Source: Candidatus Nanopusillus sp.
GTDB lineage: Archaea; Nanobdellota; Nanobdellia; Nanobdellales; Nanobdellaceae
Length of the DNA stretch: 19,141 bases
Direction: 5' to 3'
Assembly: GCA_036845085.1 (NCBI GenBank)
Contig: DAIUEN010000009.1
Coordinates: 1 to 19,141, forward strand
Shown: piece after piece, positions 13,569-19,141 of the stretch
Numbering within the stretch: position 1 is the first letter of the stretch
How the letters are laid out: every line of letters starts with the position of its first letter
Program-made: the position numbers and the translations under genes
The notes under the pieces: model-generated
What the model saw: the letters and a program-made list of their open reading frames with translations, nothing else
Database searches by the model: none
Told to the model about the DNA's origin: nothing

Positions 13569-14095
13569 GAGTATTTATTGCTATAGATATACCCGACAAT
13601 ATAAAAGAAGAAATATACTTATTAAGCAAAAAAGTTGAAGGAATTATTGGAAAACCTGTAGAAAAAGAAAATCTACATATTACTATAAAATTTATAGGAG
13701 AAATAGAAGAAAATTTGTTGGAAGAACTAAAAAAAATTCTAGAAAATATATTTTATAACAAATTCTATTTAGAATTATCTGGAGTTGGTACTTTCAATAA
13801 TAGAGTTTTGTGGATTGGTATATCTAAAGGATTTAGAGAAATAGTAGAATTGCATAATCTAATAGAAGAAAAACTAGCAAAAATAAGAATACCAAAAGAC
13901 TTCAACTTTCATCCACATTTAACTATTTACAGAATTAAAAATATAGAATACAAGAAAAATTTTGAAGAATCTATAAAACTTCTAAAAAATTATAAATCTC
14001 CACAAATTTTAGTTGATAGGATATATCTAAAACATAGTACATTAACATATAAAGGTCCTATTTATAGAAATATAGGAGAATACAAACTATTATAA
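13565..14095 (+). CDS. thpR: RNA 2',3'-cyclic phosphodiesterase / 2'-5' RNA ligase (ThpR/LigT, 2H phosphoesterase)
   Basis: 176 aa. Starts 'MRVFIAIDIP' and has two HxT motifs, 'NLHITIKFIGE' and 'HPHLTIYRIK'. The ATG overlaps the upstream stop (ATGA at 13565-13568). Confidence 0.85.
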   Translation: MRVFIAIDIPDNIKEEIYLLSKKVEGIIGKPVEKENLHITIKFIGEIEENLLEELKKILENIFYNKFYLELSGVGTFNNRVLWIGISKGFREIVELHNLIEEKLAKIRIPKDFNFHPHLTIYRIKNIEYKKNFEESIKLLKNYKSPQILVDRIYLKHSTLTYKGPIYRNIGEYKLL

Positions 14096-14120
14096 AGCTT
14101 ACTGATATAGATATATCACT

Positions 14121-14318
14121 ATGGCATCATTATTATTTCCAGAACTAAAAGCAAGAAAATTTGATAGGATATTTATATGTAGAGTATGTAAAACAAGAAT
14201 GCGTGCAGATCCTGAAAAAGTCAGAAGAAATCTTATAAGATGTAGAAAATGTGGATCAAAATATCTGAGACCTAAGAAATCAGAGATAACATTAGTAGCT
14301 TCCTCAGCTAAAAAATAA
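14121..14318 (+). CDS. rpl40e: 50S ribosomal protein L40e (eL40)
   Basis: 65 aa. 'IFICRVCKTRMRADPEKVRRNLIRCRKCGSKYLRPKK' is the eL40 zinc-ribbon pattern (iCrkC.ar....a..CRk..Cg...LRpKK). Confidence 0.85.
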   Translation: MASLLFPELKARKFDRIFICRVCKTRMRADPEKVRRNLIRCRKCGSKYLRPKKSEITLVASSAKK

Positions 14319-15431
14319 ATGATTAGTAGCTTTTATATAAGTTATACTACAATACTACAGATAGCTATTTTGTTTTTAATCTTAAACTTAATATTTCTAT
14401 TTTTAAAATATAAATATAAGGACAAAGTAAATTATAATGTAATATATGGAATGTTAAGGACAGAGAAATATATAAATATTATGGAAAGGTTGTCTAAAAC
14501 GTATTACTCTAAATTTTTATCTATATCATCTTTAATATTATCCCCAATATTGATAGGTATTGCTATATACTTTTTAGTTTATGGAATTATAAAAAAAACC
14601 CCGTCTTTTGCACCATTAATCCCTGGAGCATCCATAGGCCCCGTTACAATACCAATCTTAGAATCTATAATTGCAATATTTATTGCTGCACTTATTCATG
14701 AAATGGCCCATGGAGTATTAGTATATAAAAATGGGTTATCTTTAAAAAGTTGGGGATTTTTTTATATAGGACCTTTACTAGGTGCTTTTGTTGAACCAAA
14801 AGAAGAAGAAATAATTAAATTAAATAAAAAGAACCAGATAGAAATATTTGGAGCTGGATCTTCTATTAACTTTATTGTAGGACTTATATTTTTTGGTTTA
14901 TTGTTCTTTTATAATTCTTTACTATCTATATTGAATTTAGAACCAAAAACGTATGTAAAGATTGTAGAAACTATAAATGGAACATATGCTCATAATGTTG
15001 TTCCTGTAAATGTAATTCTATATAGTATAGAAAATTATCCTGTAGAAAGTATTAATGATATTCCAAAAATATTATCTAACTTTAAGCCAGGAGATAATAT
15101 AACTTTATATACTTCTCAAGGTAATTATACAATAACTTTGTCAGAAAATAATGGAAAACCATTTATGGGGATAAAATTGAAACAAGAATATGAATATAAA
15201 AACGATATAATACCTTTTATACAGTCTTTACTAGTTTGGTTATTTATAATTAATATTGGTTTGGGTATAGGAAATATGTTACCAATCTATCCATTAGATG
15301 GAGGAAGGACAATAAAGGCTATAGTAGAGATGTTTATAAGGGATGATAAAAAAATTAAGCAATATGTTACTATAATATCTATAATTACCTTAATCCTTCT
15401 GCTAGCTAATCTTTCATTTAATTTTATATAG
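14319..15431 (+). CDS. Site-2 protease, peptidase family M50, with an internal PDZ-like domain
   Basis: 370 aa and multi-pass membrane. Has HExxH in 'LIHEMAHGVLV' and the second metal/active-site motif 'GNMLPIYPLDGGR'. A soluble insert, 'VKIVETINGTYAHN...INDIPKILSNFKPGDNITLYTSQGNYTITL', looks PDZ-like. The ATG directly follows the rpl40e TAA. Confidence 0.85.
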   Translation: MISSFYISYTTILQIAILFLILNLIFLFLKYKYKDKVNYNVIYGMLRTEKYINIMERLSKTYYSKFLSISSLILSPILIGIAIYFLVYGIIKKTPSFAPLIPGASIGPVTIPILESIIAIFIAALIHEMAHGVLVYKNGLSLKSWGFFYIGPLLGAFVEPKEEEIIKLNKKNQIEIFGAGSSINFIVGLIFFGLLFFYNSLLSILNLEPKTYVKIVETINGTYAHNVVPVNVILYSIENYPVESINDIPKILSNFKPGDNITLYTSQGNYTITLSENNGKPFMGIKLKQEYEYKNDIIPFIQSLLVWLFIINIGLGIGNMLPIYPLDGGRTIKAIVEMFIRDDKKIKQYVTIISIITLILLLANLSFNFI

Positions 15432-15444
15432 AATAGAAATAACT

Positions 15445-16026
15445 TTATTTATCATAGTCTCTAGAAACCTTTCTTAAGAATAATCTGTCTGTAATTAGAT
15501 TGTACATTTCACCAACATATTCTACCTTTTTTCTAATTTCATAATTCTTAAATTCCATATATAACATATGTTGATATAGTTCATATATAAAGTTTCTAGC
15601 TTTTTCAGCAAATTCTAGATTATTTTTTAACATTTCTTCTACAGATTTTCTATATAATTCCCCTGCAACATCCATTAATCCCATAACATAAGAATATTCA
15701 TCTACTCCCAATTCTTCATGTGTTGGTAATCTATTATTAATAATGAATTCATAAAATATCTTTGCTTCTACATATTCTTGTAAGTTTATACTTACGTTAT
15801 TAATTAATCTTGGTTCTAGATCTAAAAAATTTTTTAATTCTTTAAATAAACTATCCATTTGCACCATATAGTTATTAGCTGACTCTAAATCTCCTCTTAT
15901 TAGAGAATATATTATAGACTTCGATAATCTATTTATCTTTATACCTTTATTTATAGCTTCATCCCTAATTTTTTCATATTCATCAAACTTCTTCTTTATT
16001 TTTTCTATATATTCTCTGTTTATCAT
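15445..16026 (-). CDS. Translin/TRAX-family (C3PO-like) protein
   Basis: 193 aa, all-helical. 'RLSKSIIYSLIRGDLESANNYM', 'NLQEYVEAKIFYEFI' (the E..E pair at the TRAX catalytic position) and 'YVMGLMDVAGELYR' match the archaeal translin family (COG2178). Confidence 0.75.
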   Translation of the reverse strand: MINREYIEKIKKKFDEYEKIRDEAINKGIKINRLSKSIIYSLIRGDLESANNYMVQMDSLFKELKNFLDLEPRLINNVSINLQEYVEAKIFYEFIINNRLPTHEELGVDEYSYVMGLMDVAGELYRKSVEEMLKNNLEFAEKARNFIYELYQHMLYMEFKNYEIRKKVEYVGEMYNLITDRLFLRKVSRDYDK

Positions 16027-16034
16027 AAATCAAT

Positions 16035-17165
16035 TTATGAAAAGAGATGTTTTATAAACATTGTAGCAAAAGAGCCCCTTCCAAGTTTAAATTCTAAGAA
16101 AATTTTTCTATCACTAATTTTATAATCAAAGTCATAAACTTTTGACAATACTTCTCTATCTTCTGATATTAGAGTTAAAGATGGTTTTTTTTCGTTATAT
16201 AAATCTTTCAAATCTATTTTTTCTTTATTTAATATACTCTGGACTATATCTCTTATTTCTGTGTATTTATTTAGGTCTAAGTTATATCCTATCGTAGGTA
16301 TATATTTTATTTTAATCTTTTCTATGTCTTTAGTTATATAAAAATCTCCCACATTTGTTCTAATGAATTTTATATCAGTAAAATTCTTTTTAATATAATT
16401 TGATAAGGTTAAGTTCCACAAGTATGACTGATAAGAATGTACAAATAATTTTAATATTCTTTTTGGTATATATCTTAAAGTTTTTCTTACATTGTTTGTT
16501 TCTAATAAACCATTCAATACTGCTCTTTCTATATCTAAAAAATTTGGAAATAACTTTATTGCTTCCTTGAATGAACCCCAATTATTCTTTATGAACTCTC
16601 TTGCTTTTCTTACATTTTCCTTTTCCTGTGAAGAAGTATAAGTAAGAAGTATTTTTATGGCTTCTTCATAATTCTTTTTTACTAATTCTTTACCAATCAA
16701 ATGATTACAGTACCTTATATTTCCAAATCTTTGATCGTCAAAATAATTAAAAAATTGTTCTTTAAAATATTGTATATTTTCTTCGAATCTCTTTAGTTCT
16801 TCTTCTTTAATATCAGATACTGTAATTTTAAAATAGTTATATTTTATATCAGATATCTTAATTGGTTCATCATAAGATCCTATATATTTTAAATAAACAT
16901 CACCAAAATTATATTCTTCTTTAAACTCATCAAAATTTCTTATTGCTATATATTGTTCAGATATTGTATTTTTATCTTTTTCTCCAGCAAAGTATATCTT
17001 CCTTTTAGATATATGTAACTTTCTTGCAATAATTTTTATGGCTTGTATTGTAGTTATATTTCTCTTCCTCATTAAAAAATATCTATAAGTCTTCCCCTCG
17101 GGTTTTTTGTCAAGATCTATAATTTCTTTTACAATAAAATCTTCCGGTTTTTCTTTTATTTTCAT
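16035..17165 (-). CDS. truD: tRNA pseudouridine synthase TruD/Pus7 family
   Basis: 376 aa. Has the N-terminal 'KPEDFIVKEI', 'YFAGEKDKNTISEQYIAI' (catalytic Asp motif) and 'NYFDDQRFG'. Confidence 0.85.
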   Translation of the reverse strand: MKIKEKPEDFIVKEIIDLDKKPEGKTYRYFLMRKRNITTIQAIKIIARKLHISKRKIYFAGEKDKNTISEQYIAIRNFDEFKEEYNFGDVYLKYIGSYDEPIKISDIKYNYFKITVSDIKEEELKRFEENIQYFKEQFFNYFDDQRFGNIRYCNHLIGKELVKKNYEEAIKILLTYTSSQEKENVRKAREFIKNNWGSFKEAIKLFPNFLDIERAVLNGLLETNNVRKTLRYIPKRILKLFVHSYQSYLWNLTLSNYIKKNFTDIKFIRTNVGDFYITKDIEKIKIKYIPTIGYNLDLNKYTEIRDIVQSILNKEKIDLKDLYNEKKPSLTLISEDREVLSKVYDFDYKISDRKIFLEFKLGRGSFATMFIKHLFS

Positions 17166-18295
17166 TTTATAAACTTAAATTCCCACATTTCTCTAGCTAA
17201 TCTCCCATCGTACATATATTTATCTAAATTTATTTTTTTTATGTTATCTTGTAATCTTGATAAGAAATCCCATATCTTATTAAAAGTATATTCTTTTAAT
17301 TCTCCAGTAGTAAGTTTCCCAGTTATATATTTTTCTCTAATTTCAGATAATTTTCTATCATCTTCTTCAAAAAGTATAGATAACCAGTAGTAAGATACAT
17401 CTATATCTGGTATTCCACCATATTTTCTATGTTCTTCTAATGTAGGTCTACCTCCAGAAAATGCTTTAAATATTTTCCTTTTTACTGTTTCTTTATCGTC
17501 CGTTATGAATATAGCAGAATTTGGATCTGAAGAAGACATTTTGGTATATGGTCCATTCAATCCCCAGACAAACTTAGATAAGATAGTAGATGCTTTATAA
17601 TATCCAAATTTTTCTGCTATATCTCTTTGTACTCTAAAATATGGATCTTGATCTATACCACATGGTATTACTGGAATTGTTCTCTCAAAAAATGTAGGTG
17701 CTATTTGTAAAGCAATATAAAACGGTAATCCTATAGTAGCTTCATCGGAAAACCCAAAGACTTTTTTTGCTGTATTTAGATTTATTTCTCTAGCAACATG
17801 AATAGCTATAGAATATAATTGCTTTATATATTCTGAGTTAATAAAAATAAATGTTTTATCTGGATCGAATCCTAAAGCTGCAATAGCTCTAGCATCTTCA
17901 TATGCTTTTTCTCTTATTTCATAATAATTATCTGCTTTTTTAGCCCAATATTTTTCTTCATCTGGTATTTGGATATATACATTTACGTCAAATTTCTCTT
18001 GAAGCCACCTTGTAAATATAAAAGGAACTAAATGTCCTATATGCATCTTTCCTTTAGACGGGGCTCTTCCAGTATACAAAAAGAATTTCTTTCCATTTAG
18101 ATAATATTTTATTGCTATATCAAAGTCTCTATGGGCATAGAAGAATTTCCTTCTTAGTAAAACATGTAATTCTCCTGTTATTTTCTGTATTTCTAATAGA
18201 ATAAATTCATCTATTTTTCTAACTCCAAATATTTCAACTAATCTTTCATAGTCTTCTTCAGATTTTACATCTACTTCCCAAGGATTTAATATCAT
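17162..18295 (-). CDS. trpS: Tryptophanyl-tRNA synthetase (archaeal/eukaryal type)
   Basis: 377 aa. Has 'LYTGRAPSKGKMHIGHLVPFIFTRWLQEKFDVNVYIQIPDEEKY', 'IPCGIDQDPYFRVQRD' and the KMSKS variant 'TKMSSSDPNSAIF'. Its stop overlaps the truD ATG by 4 nt. Confidence 0.85.
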   Translation of the reverse strand: MILNPWEVDVKSEEDYERLVEIFGVRKIDEFILLEIQKITGELHVLLRRKFFYAHRDFDIAIKYYLNGKKFFLYTGRAPSKGKMHIGHLVPFIFTRWLQEKFDVNVYIQIPDEEKYWAKKADNYYEIREKAYEDARAIAALGFDPDKTFIFINSEYIKQLYSIAIHVAREINLNTAKKVFGFSDEATIGLPFYIALQIAPTFFERTIPVIPCGIDQDPYFRVQRDIAEKFGYYKASTILSKFVWGLNGPYTKMSSSDPNSAIFITDDKETVKRKIFKAFSGGRPTLEEHRKYGGIPDIDVSYYWLSILFEEDDRKLSEIREKYITGKLTTGELKEYTFNKIWDFLSRLQDNIKKINLDKYMYDGRLAREMWEFKFIK

Positions 18296-18340
18296 AAAAT
18301 ATTATTTGATAAAAATATAATTATAAAGTTGAATAGTTAC

Positions 18341-18423
18341 GCCGCGGTGCCCGAGCGGACCAAGGGGTCTGGCTCGAGACCAGATCCCGATAAGGGGCGT
18401 GGGTTCGAATCCCACCCGCGGCG
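18341..18423 (+). tRNA. tRNA-Ser(CGA): tRNA-Ser, anticodon CGA (class II, long variable arm); CCA not encoded
   Basis: Manual cloverleaf. Acceptor is GCCGCGG/CCGCGGC with discriminator G. The D arm is CCC(G)...(A)GGG with GG in the loop. The anticodon stem is UCUGG/CCAGA with loop CUCGAGA, placing CGA at 18375-18377. The variable arm is 14 nt (UCCCGAUAAGGGGC). The T arm is GUGGG-UUCGAAU-CCCAC. Intact, no intron. Followed by TTT. Confidence 0.9.
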
Positions 18424-18452
18424 TTTAAAAATCAGAAATCAAATTATAATTT

Positions 18453-18959
18453 ATGTTTAATAAAAAGATTCTACTATTATTCTTTGCGATTTTTTCTTTT
18501 TTAACATTTTTATCAATTTACAATTCATACAATTCTACTGAAAGCATATTAGTGAATTATAATAAAATATGTAAAGGAAATGCGAGCTGTTTATATGCTA
18601 AAGTTATTAAAATAATAGATGGAGATACATTATTAGTAGAATATATAAATGGCACAGATGTAAAAACATTAAAAGTTAGATTAGCATTGGTTAATACTCC
18701 TGAAAACGGGGAAATTAGATATGAAGAAGCAAAAAAGTTTACAGAAAGTTTATGTCCTATAAATAGTTATGTAATAATAGATCAAGATGACCTACAACTT
18801 TATGACAAATATGGAAGAATGATAGCTGTAGTATATTGCCAAGAAAAATATAATTTAAATGAAGAATTATTAAAACGTGGTCTTGCTAAAATTCTAGTAG
18901 ATATATGCAAAAAAAGCGAATTTAGAAATGAATCTTGGGCAAAAAGGTATGGATGCTAA
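18453..18959 (+). CDS. Secreted or membrane-anchored thermonuclease (staphylococcal nuclease/SNase fold)
   Basis: 168 aa. The N-terminal hydrophobic segment KKILLLFFAIFSFLTFLSIY is a signal peptide or anchor. SNase motifs are 'VIKIIDGDTLLV', 'VRLALVNTPE', 'YGRMIAVVY' and 'LNEELLKRGLAKI'. Six Cys in the mature part suggest disulfides. Confidence 0.8.
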   Translation: MFNKKILLLFFAIFSFLTFLSIYNSYNSTESILVNYNKICKGNASCLYAKVIKIIDGDTLLVEYINGTDVKTLKVRLALVNTPENGEIRYEEAKKFTESLCPINSYVIIDQDDLQLYDKYGRMIAVVYCQEKYNLNEELLKRGLAKILVDICKKSEFRNESWAKRYGC

Positions 18960-19024
18960 GATATTTCTAATAAGTTTAATTAAAATAATTTCTGTAGATA
19001 GAATATTAATAAATTTTATATAAT

Positions 19025-19141
19025 TTATTCATCTCCAATAATAACAGAAGGTTCTGGATTAGTATATTTTCTTATCATTATTTTATCAACTCCCCACCAT
19101 TCATCGCCTGCATACTCATTAAGGGTAGAAGTAAATCTTAT
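19025..19141 (-). CDS. 3' end of an unidentified CDS that starts beyond the window (partial)
   Basis: The minus-strand frame is open for 38 codons from the window edge to a TAA (19027->19025): IRFTSTLNEYAGDEWWGVDKIMIRKYTNPEPSVIIGDE*. An open run of this length is unlikely by chance in this composition. No family recognised. Confidence 0.4.
   Translation of the reverse strand: MRFTSTLNEYAGDEWWGVDKIMIRKYTNPEPSVIIGDE

Noticed and set aside
16390-16581. 63-aa minus-strand ORF in an alternative frame within truD
   Set aside because: It is on the same strand as truD but out of frame with a well-supported gene, and nothing suggests dual coding.
1-19141. Search for CRISPR arrays, transposases/integrases, tandem repeats, split tRNA halves or inteins
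   Set aside because: I saw no regularly spaced direct repeats, no recombinase-like ORFs, and no extra GC-rich RNA-like islands beyond the 5S, the tRNA and the C/D sRNA. The tRNA is contiguous, and the long enzymes (GluRS, TrpRS, primase) show no intein-like insertions.

Overview
This is a very AT-rich, tightly packed archaeal chromosomal window. Nearly every gene abuts or overlaps its neighbour by 1-4 nt, and almost all of it is information-processing core genome. I saw no CRISPR array, transposase, integrase or long repeat.

The genes fall into these groups:
- Ribosomal proteins: eS19, eL43, eL32, uL6, uL5, eS4, uL24, uL14, uS17 and eL40.
- RNA polymerase and transcription: Rpo7/E', Spt4 and RpoP.
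- Aminoacyl-tRNA synthetases: GluRS and TrpRS.
- RNA processing and modification: TruD, Pth2, ThpR, a translin/TRAX-like protein and RNase P protein Rpp21.
- Others: Pcc1-like, ZPR1-like, SepF, prefoldin beta, an M50 site-2 protease, a DUF457 membrane hydrolase and a secreted SNase-type nuclease.

The only GC-rich islands outside coding sequence are three RNA genes: a 5S rRNA (-), a tRNA-Ser(CGA) (+) and a canonical C/D box sRNA (+). GC-rich RNAs in an AT-rich genome, heavy gene compaction, a fragmented ribosomal-protein operon and a single-chain PriS-PriL primase together suggest a thermophilic, reduced-genome archaeon of the Nanoarchaeota/DPANN type. That assignment is an inference, not a database result.

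I found no clear defence-type or mobile system. The items most worth follow-up are:
- the fused primase and the Toprim gene plus two uncharacterised, translationally coupled, paralog-like ORFs beside it;
- the C/D sRNA wedged antisense between the 5S gene and rps17;
- the 5S gene embedded in an rnp4/r-protein gene string, with a TATA-like element inside the rpp21 coding sequence;
- an unassignable 119-aa ORF coupled between pth2 and rpp21;
- the loss of S14/S8 and everything past L32e from the spc-type cluster.
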